Origin: an uncultured Planctomycetia bacterium
GTDB lineage: Bacteria; Omnitrophota; Gorgyraeia; Tantalellales; Tantalellaceae
NCBI GenBank assembly: GCA_964527555.1
Contig: CAZGOG010000004.1
Location: 10,593 to 74,592, forward strand
DNA length: 64,000 nt
Reading direction: 5' to 3'
Position numbers and translations under genes: made by a program. The notes beneath the pieces were generated by a model. That model saw only the letters and a program-made list of their open reading frames with translations. It was not told where the DNA came from and searched no databases. Below are positions 1-9,976 of the stretch, piece after piece (the stretch's first letter is position 1; each line of letters opens with the position of its first letter).

Positions 1-859
1 GGTTCTCTTTCCATTTTTTATAGACTTTCACCCAGAGATTCAGATACACGCCTCTCTCAAGAAGCTTTTCAATGTCAATGCGTGCCGTCTCCCCGATTTT
101 TTTCATCATGGAGCCGTCTTTACCGATGACGATGGCTTTCTGGCTGGTGCGTTCCACAAAGATAGTGGCGTAGATCTTTAGCGGGCCTTTGGCAGAGTCG
201 GTTATCTCGTCGATGACCACCGCCACGGAATGGGGAACTTCCTCGTAGGTTTCCGTAAGGACTTTTTCTCTTATGATCTCCTGGATCATGAATTCGTTAG
301 TTTTGTCGGTCAGCTGGTCTTCCGGGTAGAGTAGGGGCCCTTCGGGAAGGTAAGACTTTATTACTTCAAGGAGCTCATCCAGGTCGTTCTGCTTAAGGGC
401 GCATATAGGGACGATCTCGTTGAAGGGGTAGAGGCTTTTAGCTTTCTTTATCAAAGGCAGAAGTCGCTTTTTTTCTTTAAGTTTGTCCGCTTTGTTTATG
501 ACAAAGATGACTTTTTTATTTTCTTCAGGTTTTGGAAGCCGGTTAAAGATATTCTCGTCGTCCTTGTTGAAAGCGCTTCTCGGGTCCGTGACAAAGAGGA
601 TTATGTCTGATTCCATAAGCGTGGATTGCGCGCGTGTAAGCATTATTTTGCCGAGAAGGTCATGCGGTTTATGTATGCCCGGCGTATCGACGAAGATTAT
701 CTGGCAGGCGTTTTCGGTCAATACCCCGCGTATATTGTCCCGCGTTGTTTCGGGCTTTTTGCTGATAATAGCGACCTTTTCTTTTAAAAAGCCGTTCAGC
801 ATGGTCGATTTACCCACGTTTGGCTGGCCTGATATGGCGACAAAACCTGATTTACCCAT
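1..859 (-). CDS. era: GTPase Era (runs off the window start, 3' truncated)
   Basis: Not in the ORF track. Minus-strand translation from ATG at 859: MGKSGFVAISGQPNVGKSTMLN...KPETTR...DTPG...NKAD, then KH-domain ...IVIGKDGSMMKKIG...VYLNLWVKV. Confidence 0.95.
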   Translation of the reverse strand, partial: MGKSGFVAISGQPNVGKSTMLNGFLKEKVAIISKKPETTRDNIRGVLTENACQIIFVDTPGIHKPHDLLGKIMLTRAQSTLMESDIILFVTDPRSAFNKDDENIFNRLPKPEENKKVIFVINKADKLKEKKRLLPLIKKAKSLYPFNEIVPICALKQNDLDELLEVIKSYLPEGPLLYPEDQLTDKTNEFMIQEIIREKVLTETYEEVPHSVAVVIDEITDSAKGPLKIYATIFVERTSQKAIVIGKDGSMMKKIGETARIDIEKLLERGVYLNLWVKVYKKWKEN

Positions 860-868
860 AGCGCAGTA

Positions 869-897
869 ATTATAGCAGTAAGAGAAACTTATGTAAA
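869..897 (-). promoter_or_regulatory. sigma70-type promoter for era (extended -10)
   Basis: Minus strand TTTACA (897-892) - 17 bp - TATAAT (874-869), preceded by TGn; 9 nt before the ATG. Confidence 0.7.
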
Positions 898-967
898 GGC
901 GTAGCATGTATATAATATTTCAGGGACGGCAGGGCTATGCATAAATCCGTATTTTATTAAAAAAACA

Positions 968-995
968 TTGGCAATTCATGTTTTAAAAGTATAAT
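968..995 (+). promoter_or_regulatory. candidate sigma70 promoter for mgtE
   Basis: TTGGCA - 16 bp - TATAAT. Confidence 0.45.
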
Positions 996-1068
996 AATAG
1001 GGTGATATTAATACAATCAGCACTTTTCTACTTGATAGACTCAAGTTCTTAAAAACCGCACGATTATT

Positions 1069-2439
1069 ATGGACGAGAGAAAAAAACCCGAAAACAAAGA
1101 AATCCGGACGACCGAAGAGAGAATAAACCGCATCAGGAAGCTCCTGGGAAAGTCCAAAGACAGTGAGGTGCGCGAGTTTCTTAAGGAGATGGCGCCTGAA
1201 GACGTGGCGGAACTGTTGGGAGAGTTTTCCGCTGGAGATAAGATAAAGATATTTAACTTGCTAAGCGCGGAAAACGCGGCCGTCGTGCTTGATGATACCG
1301 ATCCCGGGTCCCGCCTTCAGATCCTCCAGGGAGTCGAAAGCGATAAGCTTTCCAGTATTTTTGACCAGATGCCGGTAGACGAGGCCGCCGACGTTATAGA
1401 AGAGGTGCCGGAAGAAGACCGGGAAGATTTTCTGGATCTCATGGAGGAAAAAGACGCCGAAGAAGTCGAGGATATCCTCAGCTACCCGGAAGATAGCGCA
1501 GCCCGCGTTATGAACACCGCGTTTATCTCCATCGATGAGGCGAGTGACGTGGAAAACGCTGTTGCGCATATCCGCAGTCTTGAGATCGACGAGGAAGTCT
1601 TTTATATTTATGTGACTGATAAAGAAGGAAAACTGTGCGGGATAGTGCCGATGAGTAAGCTGGTGACTTCCCGCAAAGGGACGCTTATTAAAGACATCAT
1701 GGAGGAAGAAGTCTATTCGGTTCTTGTTGATGAAGACCAGGAAAAAGCGGCTCATATCATGAAAAAGTACGATCTTTTTTCCCTCCCGGTAGTGGATAAA
1801 GAGGGCCGTCCCGTTGGTCGCATAACCGCGGATGACATCATAGACGTCATGGATGAAGAGCACGGGGAGGATATAAGCCGGATGACCGGGACTATAGAGG
1901 AAGAGCAGGGTACCGAGACGGCATTCAAAGCGGCACAGAACCGCCTGCCCTGGCTTGTTACATGTATGCTCGGAAGCATAATTACGGGACTGGTCATACA
2001 ATTGTTCGAGATAACGATCGCCGAGACTATCGCGCTTGTCTCATTCATACCGGTGATTACGGCAACCGGCGGGAATTCGGGTGTACAGGCTTCGACCGTT
2101 GTGGTGAGAGAAATAGCTTTGGGGACCATGGGGTTTGCCAGGGTCGGAGAAGAAGTGTGGCGGCAGCTTAAAATAGCGCTTGGGCTGGGACTGGTCTGCG
2201 GGACCGTGCTTACCGTTCTTGCCGACATCTGGAAAAAAAACAGTACGGTGGGGATGATAGCGGGAGTTTCGATTTTTCTGGTCGTGGTATGGTCGAATAT
2301 CGTAGGCGTTGTAACGCCGGTCATCTTCCAAAAGATACGGATAGACCCGGCCATAGCATCCGGTCCGCTTATTACCACTTTAAACGATGTAATCGGAGTT
2401 TTTATTTATCTGAGTGTCGCGACGTTTTTCTTGGTATAA
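1069..2439 (+). CDS. mgtE: Magnesium transporter MgtE
   Basis: Acidic N-domain, tandem CBS domains, RLPWL, GGNSG, DPAIASGPLITTLND motifs. Confidence 0.95.
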   Translation: MDERKKPENKEIRTTEERINRIRKLLGKSKDSEVREFLKEMAPEDVAELLGEFSAGDKIKIFNLLSAENAAVVLDDTDPGSRLQILQGVESDKLSSIFDQMPVDEAADVIEEVPEEDREDFLDLMEEKDAEEVEDILSYPEDSAARVMNTAFISIDEASDVENAVAHIRSLEIDEEVFYIYVTDKEGKLCGIVPMSKLVTSRKGTLIKDIMEEEVYSVLVDEDQEKAAHIMKKYDLFSLPVVDKEGRPVGRITADDIIDVMDEEHGEDISRMTGTIEEEQGTETAFKAAQNRLPWLVTCMLGSIITGLVIQLFEITIAETIALVSFIPVITATGGNSGVQASTVVVREIALGTMGFARVGEEVWRQLKIALGLGLVCGTVLTVLADIWKKNSTVGMIAGVSIFLVVVWSNIVGVVTPVIFQKIRIDPAIASGPLITTLNDVIGVFIYLSVATFFLV

Positions 2440-2505
2440 GATGGGAATAAGAGGGCTTGTTAAATAGTCCTTGTGTGCGTAAAAAACAAAAAGTGGAGGT
2501 CGATA

Positions 2506-2691
2506 ATGGGAAAAGTATTGAGTTTACTGATCGGGGCGATCGTAGCGGTTGTGGGTGTCATACTTCTTATCGCATGGTGGTATGAATTCCTGTTTATGCT
2601 TAGGGGGGCTCTGCCCGTACTTCTCATACTGGGCGGCGGCATCGCCGTTGCGGCAGGTCTTAGTGAGCTTAAGGATGTCTTAAAAAAATAA
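2506..2691 (+). CDS. Small two-TM membrane protein (61 aa)
   Basis: GGAGGT RBS before ATG 2506; two hydrophobic segments. Confidence 0.7.
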   Translation: MGKVLSLLIGAIVAVVGVILLIAWWYEFLFMLRGALPVLLILGGGIAVAAGLSELKDVLKK

Positions 2692-2706
2692 AACGCCTGT
2701 TTTAGC

Positions 2707-3282
2707 ATGAAAAAACCTGCGAAATATGCATATTTTGGGCTGGGCGTACTGGCTCTATTTCTTTGCTGCTCTGGATGCATGAAGGACCGCGCTGAGCTTG
2801 AGAAGAGAATACTCAGTTACGATCCGTCTTTCAAAGCGACTATTGAGAAGAGGGATTCTTTGCGTAAAGAACTGGGTGGCCAGCAGGCTATTTTCCTGAA
2901 GAACGTACAAGAGATTGACGGGTCTATAAGTGCCTTGAAGGAAAGAAAGGTTCAGGTAAGGAAGGAGTACTCATCACAGATCGACAGGATCAGAAGACAG
3001 ATGCAGCCGGATAAAAGGCAGCTCGAAAGAGAGCTGATGGAACGAGAGCGCCAGTATAGAAGCAAAAAAGATGATTTAAGGAACATCAAAAGAGACATAA
3101 AAGAGATCACGGCGCTGATGGATAAGAAAGATAAGCTTGCATTCACCCAGGAAGAGATAAGGACATGGGGCGACAGGCTTTCTTATCTTATCGAGAAGAA
3201 GGAAATCGTAAACGGCGAGATAGACAAGCTAAAGGACGAGATCGAGATAACAAAACTTAAAATCGCGGTTATTGAAGTGTAA
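2707..3282 (+). CDS. Putative lipoprotein with long coiled coil
   Basis: Signal peptide ending CSGC; charged heptad-like helix throughout. Confidence 0.7.
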   Translation: MKKPAKYAYFGLGVLALFLCCSGCMKDRAELEKRILSYDPSFKATIEKRDSLRKELGGQQAIFLKNVQEIDGSISALKERKVQVRKEYSSQIDRIRRQMQPDKRQLERELMERERQYRSKKDDLRNIKRDIKEITALMDKKDKLAFTQEEIRTWGDRLSYLIEKKEIVNGEIDKLKDEIEITKLKIAVIEV

Positions 3283-3315
3283 AGATTCTTAAAAAATAAA
3301 AGAAGGGGTTTTTAA

Positions 3316-4884
3316 GTGAAAGTACAAAGGGCACTGGTAAGCGTCTCCGATAAAACGGGTCTGGAAGAGTTTGTTAAAGGGCTCGATAAACTGGGCATCG
3401 AGATAATCTCGACGGGCGGTACCGCTAAAAGGATAAGCGGTCTCGGCATACCCGTGAAACTCGTCTCCGCCTACACGGGCTACCCGGAGATGCTGGACGG
3501 CAGAGTCAAGACGCTTAACCCGAAGATCCATGCGGGTATCTTGGCACTGCGTGACAACAAAGACCATATGCTCAAGCTTGAGGAAAACGGGATATTAACC
3601 ATAGACATGGTGGTGGTGAACCTCTATCCTTTTGAAGAGACGGTGTCACGCGAAGATGTGACTAAAGAAGAGGCTATCGAGAATATCGATATCGGCGGGC
3701 CGACGATGCTGCGCAGCGCCGCCAAGAATTACCGTTTTGTTGCCGCAGTGAGCTCTCCTTCTCAGTATGAGCGCGTTTTGCGCGAGCTCCAAGAGAACGG
3801 CTCAGAGCTTGCAGAAGACACACTTAAAGCCCTGGCCGAAGAAGTCTTCGCCAAGACTTCCAGATACGACGCTCTTATAGCCCGGTATCTGGCGAAAGGT
3901 GAGAAGACTGCCTCCCGGGAGGAGGCGGAGCTGCCCGATAGAATAGACTTTCACTTCGAGAAAGTACGCAAGCTGAGATACGGCGAGAACCCCCATCAGC
4001 ATGCGGCGTTTTACCGTGACACTTCATCGCGTGACGCGGGTATATGCGGCTTGGAGCAGTTGCAGGGCAAGGAACTTTCCTTTAACAATATACTCGACCT
4101 CAACGCCGCTTTTGAGATGGTAAGAAGTTTTACGTCTCCCACGGTAAGCATAGTCAAACATAACAACCCTTGTGGTGTCGCCACGGCAGAGACGCTGGAA
4201 GAAGCGTATCTGGAGGCGCTTGACTCTGATCCGTTAAGCGCTTTCGGGAGCATCATGGGTTTTAACGGAGTTATTGACGGGAAGATGGCTGAGACTATAC
4301 TGGATAAAGCTGATTTCATTGAATGCATTATCGCCCCGGCGTATGAAGAGGAAGCCCTTACGGTCTTTAAAAACAAAAAGAACCTCCGTCTTCTGAAAGT
4401 TCCGCTTTTAGTAAAATCTTCGACGAGCGAGCGGGACCTCAAAAAAATACGCGGAGGAGCGCTCATCCAGGATATAGACGAGAGGGCCGTCTCAAGGGAC
4501 GATATCAAAATCGTTACAAAACAAAAACCTTCGAACGATCAACTGGAGTCGCTTTTATTCGCATGGAAGGTCGTAAAATACGTCAAAAGTAACGCTATTG
4601 TGTTATCCCGTGGGACAAAGACTGTCGGTATAGGCGCGGGACAGATGTCGCGCGTTGATTCAGTGATAATAGCCATACGTAAAGCTGCCGAAAGGGCAAA
4701 AGGCGCATCTTTAGCCAGTGACGCGTTTTTCCCCAAGACGGATTCCATAGAAGCAGCCCAGAAAGCCGGCATAAGCTCCATTATACAGCCCGGCGGGTCC
4801 ATACGCGATGAAGAGATAATCGAAGCATGTAACCGTCTAAAAATCCCCATGGTCTTTACCGGGGTCCGGCACTTTAAACATTGA
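3316..4884 (+). CDS. purH: Bifunctional AICAR transformylase/IMP cyclohydrolase
   Basis: RALVSVSDKTG, GRVKTL, ENIDIGG, LRYGENPHQ, ASDAFFP, GVRHFKH; GTG start. Confidence 0.97.
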   Translation: MKVQRALVSVSDKTGLEEFVKGLDKLGIEIISTGGTAKRISGLGIPVKLVSAYTGYPEMLDGRVKTLNPKIHAGILALRDNKDHMLKLEENGILTIDMVVVNLYPFEETVSREDVTKEEAIENIDIGGPTMLRSAAKNYRFVAAVSSPSQYERVLRELQENGSELAEDTLKALAEEVFAKTSRYDALIARYLAKGEKTASREEAELPDRIDFHFEKVRKLRYGENPHQHAAFYRDTSSRDAGICGLEQLQGKELSFNNILDLNAAFEMVRSFTSPTVSIVKHNNPCGVATAETLEEAYLEALDSDPLSAFGSIMGFNGVIDGKMAETILDKADFIECIIAPAYEEEALTVFKNKKNLRLLKVPLLVKSSTSERDLKKIRGGALIQDIDERAVSRDDIKIVTKQKPSNDQLESLLFAWKVVKYVKSNAIVLSRGTKTVGIGAGQMSRVDSVIIAIRKAAERAKGASLASDAFFPKTDSIEAAQKAGISSIIQPGGSIRDEEIIEACNRLKIPMVFTGVRHFKH

Positions 4885-4940
4885 TCTCAGGGGCCGGGTC
4901 GTTGTTCTTAAGAGAATAACGATTATACAAGTGAAATCTT

Positions 4941-6257
4941 ATGCTTACCTACACTCAAACCCTCGAATATCTGGATTCTTTGGTTAACTATGAAAAGACG
5001 GGGATCCCCCCGGGTAAAAAAGATTTTGATCTGGACAGGCTTAAGGAAGCCTTGAAAGTTCTGGGAGGCCCCGAGCGCACTTACCGTTCGGTTCATATCG
5101 CCGGGACGAAAGGCAAGGGTTCCGTCTCTACGTTTACTTCCGCCATACTTGAGAGAAGCGGGTTCACCGTGGGCCTCTATACCTCGCCTCATTTATACTT
5201 TGAAAGGGAACGCATCAAGATAAACGGTGTAATGATCAGCGAGGAGGATTTTGCCGGTGCTTTCGATTTGATACTCGGGAGGCTCGGCGATCCTTTTTGC
5301 AGACAGTTCAGCTATTTTGAGATCTATACGTTAATCGCGATTGTTCATTTCAGCATGAATAAAGTGGATTTTGCCGTTTTTGAGACGGGCATGGGCGGAA
5401 GGCTGGATGCCACGAACGTGATCGATTCGGAAGTTTCTGCGGTAACGCCGGTGAGCTATGATCACATGGATTCTCTCGGCTATAAGATCGAAGAGATAGC
5501 CGGCGAGAAAGCGGCTATTATAAAGGGACGCTCACACTGCATAAGTTCTCATCAAGAGCCTTCCGTCATTAAGATAATAGAAGAGAAGTGCAGGGAGGCC
5601 GGCGCCTCTTTATCGGTCGTGGGCCGCGACATAACTTACCGGATCAGTCATATCGGCGAGGAGGGAAGCTCTTTTGACGTAGAGGGGCTTTTGAATAGTT
5701 ACCGGGGATGCCATACTAATATGCTGGGGGATTTCCAGGTGGCGAATGCCGCAACGGCTATAGGTATATGTGAGAAGCTCCTCGGGGATATCGGGGATAA
5801 AGGGATTTATAAAGACAGGGTCAAAGAAGGCATAAGATGCGCCTTTATCCACGGCAGGATGGAGGTCTTCTCCAAGGCGCCGCTTATCCTCATCGATGGC
5901 GCACAGAACGGGGATAGCGCCAGGAAACTGAAAAATTCTATTGAACAAATTTTTAGATATGATAGATTAATACTTCTCTTGGGGCTTTCGAAAGACAAGG
6001 ACATAAAAGGCGTGTGCGAAGAGCTTCTGCCGATTGCGGACGAGATAATACTTACGCGTGCTTCCGTAAAGCGCGCCCAGGACCCTTGTATTATACGGGG
6101 ATATATCAAAAGGAAGCCGGTGAGGGTGACCAGTGACGTCAAAGAAGCGCTCGGAGTAGCGTTTGAGACAGCTTCAAGAAGCGATATGATAGTGGTTACG
6201 GGATCATTCTTCTTGATCGGTGAAGCGGGCAAGCTGCTTTCCGCGGGAAAGTTGTAG
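4941..6257 (+). CDS. folC: Folylpolyglutamate/dihydrofolate synthase
   Basis: HIAGTKGKGS, YTSPHL, ETGMGGRLDATN, TGSFFL. Confidence 0.95.
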   Translation: MLTYTQTLEYLDSLVNYEKTGIPPGKKDFDLDRLKEALKVLGGPERTYRSVHIAGTKGKGSVSTFTSAILERSGFTVGLYTSPHLYFERERIKINGVMISEEDFAGAFDLILGRLGDPFCRQFSYFEIYTLIAIVHFSMNKVDFAVFETGMGGRLDATNVIDSEVSAVTPVSYDHMDSLGYKIEEIAGEKAAIIKGRSHCISSHQEPSVIKIIEEKCREAGASLSVVGRDITYRISHIGEEGSSFDVEGLLNSYRGCHTNMLGDFQVANAATAIGICEKLLGDIGDKGIYKDRVKEGIRCAFIHGRMEVFSKAPLILIDGAQNGDSARKLKNSIEQIFRYDRLILLLGLSKDKDIKGVCEELLPIADEIILTRASVKRAQDPCIIRGYIKRKPVRVTSDVKEALGVAFETASRSDMIVVTGSFFLIGEAGKLLSAGKL

Positions 6258-6265
6258 CGCTTTTT

Positions 6266-6377
6266 ACCCATGCACCAGAAGGCCACGCCCGTAAGGGCGT
6301 GGCCTTCGGTGCAGGGTTCCGCTTGACGGAAAGACTGAAACTGTGGATGCCATGGGCGTTAGCCCATGGAGCTTCAC
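6266..6377. repeat. Two-hairpin palindromic element, possible IS200/IS605-derived non-autonomous remnant
   Basis: TGCACC-AGAAGGCCACGCCC-gtaa-GGGCGTGGCCTTC-GGTGCA, then CCATGGGC-gtta-GCCCATGG followed by agcttcac; no ORF. Confidence 0.55.
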
Positions 6378-6411
6378 CTCCGGTTTTTTTTAAATTAATA
6401 AACCAGCAGAT

Positions 6412-7806
6412 ATGATGGCGAGACTAGATAATGATACCATAGCGGCTATTTCCACGCCTCTCGGCCAGGGGGGTATAGTGGTAGTGCGTATAAGCGGAAC
6501 GGATGCGACCGGTATCGCGGACAGGATATTTGACTCAGCCGGCGGCAGTAAACCCTCTTCGTTTGCCAGTTACACGCTTAGGCGCGGATATATAAAAGCG
6601 CCTAAAACTGAGGAAATAATAGATGAAGTGCTTCTTACCGTCATGCGTGCTCCGAAGACATACACGGCTGAAGACGTGGTGGAGATAAACTGTCACGGCG
6701 GCACGATGCCTTCAAAAAGGGTGCTTGAAGTGTGTCTCGATGAAGGGGCGCGACTGGCGGAACCCGGAGAGTTTACCAAAAGGGCCTTTTTAAACGGCAG
6801 GATCGATCTTTCACAGGCCGAAGCGGTACTTGATATTATAAGATCCGAGACCGAAGCTTCCAGGAAAATAGCTCTCAGCCAGATGCGGGGCGAGTTTTCC
6901 GCCAGGATCCGCGTTCTCAGGGATTCGATGATAGGGATACTTTCTTCTATTGAGCTTGCGATAGATTTTTCGGACGAAGACGTGGAATTTGCCAAAACTA
7001 AAGAGATTATTAAACGGGTGGAGGATGTCCACTCTTCCATCAGCGAGATACTTGAAACTTCTGAAAAAGGCATAGTCTTGCGTGAAGGCGCAAGTGTCGT
7101 CATATGCGGCAGGCCCAACGTGGGTAAATCGAGTTTGATGAATGCACTCCTGAGGGATGAGAGGGTGATCGTCACCCCTGTTGCGGGTACGACAAGGGAT
7201 ATTATCGAAGAAGCGATAAACATCAGCGGCGTAAAGGTGCGTATCTCTGATACGGCCGGTATAATCGAGACGAAAGACAGAGTCGAGATAGAAGGCATCA
7301 AGCGTTCCAAACAAAAACTCGAATGCGCCGATATCGTGATTTTTATGCTGGATAACAGCCTTCCATTATCCGGGAAGGACAAGGATATATACGATGCGAT
7401 TAAGGATAAAAGTGTCATAATCGCCGCGAACAAGTCGGATCTAAAGAGGCAGCTTGATATAGACGAAGTAAAAGCGTCTTTTTCCGCCGGCGAGGTTTTG
7501 GAAGTTTCCGCGCTTAAGAAGAAGGGACTTGGAAAACTTGAAAACGCCATAGCCGAAAAACTTTTTAAAGGAAAAGTAATAATACCGGAAGGCCCTATCG
7601 TGACGAATATGCGCCACAAGAAGCTTCTTGAGCGTGCCCGCACGGCGACGGGTAGGGCGATGGAGCTTGCCGGGAGTGAATATAACGGTGAACTGGTGGC
7701 AAGCGACCTTAATGAGGCGGTGCACCAGATGGGACTTATTATAGGCGAATCTATCGAAGATGATATCCTCCAGAGGATATTCCGCGGATTTTGCATAGGT
7801 AAATAA
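6412..7806 (+). CDS. mnmE: tRNA modification GTPase MnmE/TrmE
   Basis: [40 protein letters not shown]-terminal FCIGK. Confidence 0.97.
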   Translation: MMARLDNDTIAAISTPLGQGGIVVVRISGTDATGIADRIFDSAGGSKPSSFASYTLRRGYIKAPKTEEIIDEVLLTVMRAPKTYTAEDVVEINCHGGTMPSKRVLEVCLDEGARLAEPGEFTKRAFLNGRIDLSQAEAVLDIIRSETEASRKIALSQMRGEFSARIRVLRDSMIGILSSIELAIDFSDEDVEFAKTKEIIKRVEDVHSSISEILETSEKGIVLREGASVVICGRPNVGKSSLMNALLRDERVIVTPVAGTTRDIIEEAINISGVKVRISDTAGIIETKDRVEIEGIKRSKQKLECADIVIFMLDNSLPLSGKDKDIYDAIKDKSVIIAANKSDLKRQLDIDEVKASFSAGEVLEVSALKKKGLGKLENAIAEKLFKGKVIIPEGPIVTNMRHKKLLERARTATGRAMELAGSEYNGELVASDLNEAVHQMGLIIGESIEDDILQRIFRGFCIGK

Positions 7807-7817
7807 AGGGAGGCGTA

Positions 7818-8384
7818 ATGGATAAAGAAAAAATAAAAAAAGCGGTAAAAGACATACTTAAAGCGATCGGGGAGGATCCTTCGAGAAGCGGACTTAAATA
7901 TACCCCCCAAAGGGTAGCGGATATGTATGAGGATATACTGAGCGGCATGAAAAAAAACGCCGAAGATGATCTAAAAGTGGTTTTTGAGGAAGAACATGAC
8001 GAGATCATACTTCTTAAAGACATTCCGCTGTATTCCATATGTGAGCATCATCTGGTCCCATTTATGGGGAGGGCGCATGTGGCATATATTCCTGATGGGA
8101 ACAGGATCACGGGTCTGAGTAAAGTCGTCAGGGTCGTTGACACCCTTTCCAGGAGGCTTCAGCTGCAGGAAAGGCTTACTACCGAAATAGCTGGAGTCCT
8201 GATGAAAAAACTCAAGCCCAAAGGGGTTTTGGTGGTCATAGAGGCGGAACATCTCTGTATGAGCATGAGGGGCGTACGTAAACCCGGCGTAATCACTACC
8301 ACAAGTGCGGTAAAAGGCATTTTTCGTACCAGCCAGAAGACCCGTTCGGAAGCCTTGTCACTTATAAGGCATTCCAGATGGTAA
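7818..8384 (+). CDS. folE: GTP cyclohydrolase I
   Basis: [32 protein letters not shown]. Confidence 0.97.
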   Translation: MDKEKIKKAVKDILKAIGEDPSRSGLKYTPQRVADMYEDILSGMKKNAEDDLKVVFEEEHDEIILLKDIPLYSICEHHLVPFMGRAHVAYIPDGNRITGLSKVVRVVDTLSRRLQLQERLTTEIAGVLMKKLKPKGVLVVIEAEHLCMSMRGVRKPGVITTTSAVKGIFRTSQKTRSEALSLIRHSRW

Positions 8385-8519
8385 GGGCCCTCTTCTTTAG
8401 CGGCATAAGCAGAAAACCCTTTATTTTTTCAGTAGTCTATAATATAATTGGCTAATAAATTATATAGAAATATGCCCCTCAAAAGGCTTTAACAGACAAA
8501 AAAGATAGATTATAAGAAT

Positions 8520-8978
8520 ATGAATGATCATACCGATTTATGGTATTTTTTACATAACGATGTAGTCGTTAATACGTTTTTGGGATGGTTTGCCGCCCAG
8601 ACCGTTAAGGTTATTATGGGCGTTATAAGGGAAAAACGCTTTAATTTTAAATGGTTTGTGGGTACCGGCGGTATGCCGAGTTCACATGTGGCAGGGGTGA
8701 CAGCCATGGTCACAAGCGTAGGTCTCTACGAAGGAGTGGCGACGGCTCTGTTTGGAGTGACGCTTATGTTTACCATAGTGGTCATATGTGACGCCCAGGG
8801 TGTGAGGTGGTCTACGGGCAAGCAGGCAGAGATATTAAACAAGATAATGGACGATATCTACTGGAAGAAAAGGATCCAGGAAGACAGGCTGAAAGAACTT
8901 ATAGGCCACACCCCGATGCAGGTAGTAGCGGGTATACTCGTCGGACTTATAGTCGCATTTGCGTTATATATTTTCTAA
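8520..8978 (+). CDS. Divergent PAP2 family membrane protein (DUF212-like)
   Basis: GGMPSSH, DAQGVR, LKELIGHTP. Confidence 0.85.
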   Translation: MNDHTDLWYFLHNDVVVNTFLGWFAAQTVKVIMGVIREKRFNFKWFVGTGGMPSSHVAGVTAMVTSVGLYEGVATALFGVTLMFTIVVICDAQGVRWSTGKQAEILNKIMDDIYWKKRIQEDRLKELIGHTPMQVVAGILVGLIVAFALYIF

Positions 8979-8996
8979 AAAGACAGGAGAGGATCC

Positions 8997-9953
8997 GTGC
9001 AAAGAAACGCCCCTGTTCTAATCATGATACTTATAGCGGTCTCTGTTATCACGGCGCTGTCGTTTTTCTCGATAAACAAGGCTTACCATGGACTCGAGGA
9101 GGCGGGCTACCTTGATAAATCTCAGCTGATTTATGACAGGGCCCAGGAATTTTTGGAGAGAAACGAGCGCGATAAAGCCATCAACGCTTTTGTGATGAAC
9201 ACTAAAGCGTATCCCACCTCCAGCTATACTAAGGAATCACTCAAGGCTTTGATATACATTTATCTTGACAGAGGCGATTATGAAAAGGCGGGGTATTATT
9301 ACAGGTCGCTGGTGAATAATTTCCCCGAGACAGAGGATGCCGATAAGATACTCGCCAGGATCGAAGAGCTTAACATGGAGATGCTTAAGTCCCGGTCTCC
9401 GGATGAAGAGAGCGTTGACTATAAAGTCCGGGCGGGGGACACCCTTTACGGTATCGCGAAGAAGTTTAATACGACGGTGGAACTCATCAAGAAAACCAAC
9501 AACCTTTCAAGCGATACTATACGTATGGGCCAGAACCTTAAGGTAAATATCTCGACGTTCTCCATCTTTATCGATAAATCCAGGAACACTTTAGTGCTCA
9601 AAAAGAATGAAGTGCCTTTTAAGACGTACAGGGTTGCGACGGGTGAGAATAATTCCACCCCGGTGGGCAGCTTCACCATCGTAGAGAAAATGATTAAGCC
9701 TCCATGGACGAAACCCGGTGTCGGTATAGTCATGCCCGACAGTCCCGAATATGAACTGGGTGAGAGGTGGATGGCTATTTCTGTTTCAGGATACGGTATT
9801 CACGGCACCAATGACGCTTCTTCCATAGGGAAACAATCGACTGCCGGATGCGTGCGTATGCACAACGGTGATGTTATCGAACTGTATGACATTGTTCCGG
9901 TAGGAACCCGGGTTGAGATAGTAAACGCCGAAGATGCTGTTATAAGACGGTAA
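8997..9953 (+). CDS. L,D-transpeptidase with TM anchor, TPR-like and LysM domains
   Basis: Lys[20 protein letters not shown]; YkuD motif IHGTN...STAGCVRM. Confidence 0.9.
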   Translation: MQRNAPVLIMILIAVSVITALSFFSINKAYHGLEEAGYLDKSQLIYDRAQEFLERNERDKAINAFVMNTKAYPTSSYTKESLKALIYIYLDRGDYEKAGYYYRSLVNNFPETEDADKILARIEELNMEMLKSRSPDEESVDYKVRAGDTLYGIAKKFNTTVELIKKTNNLSSDTIRMGQNLKVNISTFSIFIDKSRNTLVLKKNEVPFKTYRVATGENNSTPVGSFTIVEKMIKPPWTKPGVGIVMPDSPEYELGERWMAISVSGYGIHGTNDASSIGKQSTAGCVRMHNGDVIELYDIVPVGTRVEIVNAEDAVIRR

Positions 9954-9976
9954 ACGATCAGCGGAAACGAATAAAC

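Noticed and set aside
483-869. 128-aa plus-strand ORF
   Set aside because: Antisense to era, which is the real gene.
898-1068. M-box (Mg2+) riboswitch upstream of mgtE
   Set aside because: Leader after the likely promoter is about 70 nt, AT-rich and lacks recognisable structure.
6693-7910. 405-aa minus-strand ORF
   Set aside because: Antisense shadow of mnmE/folE; Ser/Ile-rich composition typical of reverse frames, no motifs. The same applies to the many other short antisense ORFs in the track.
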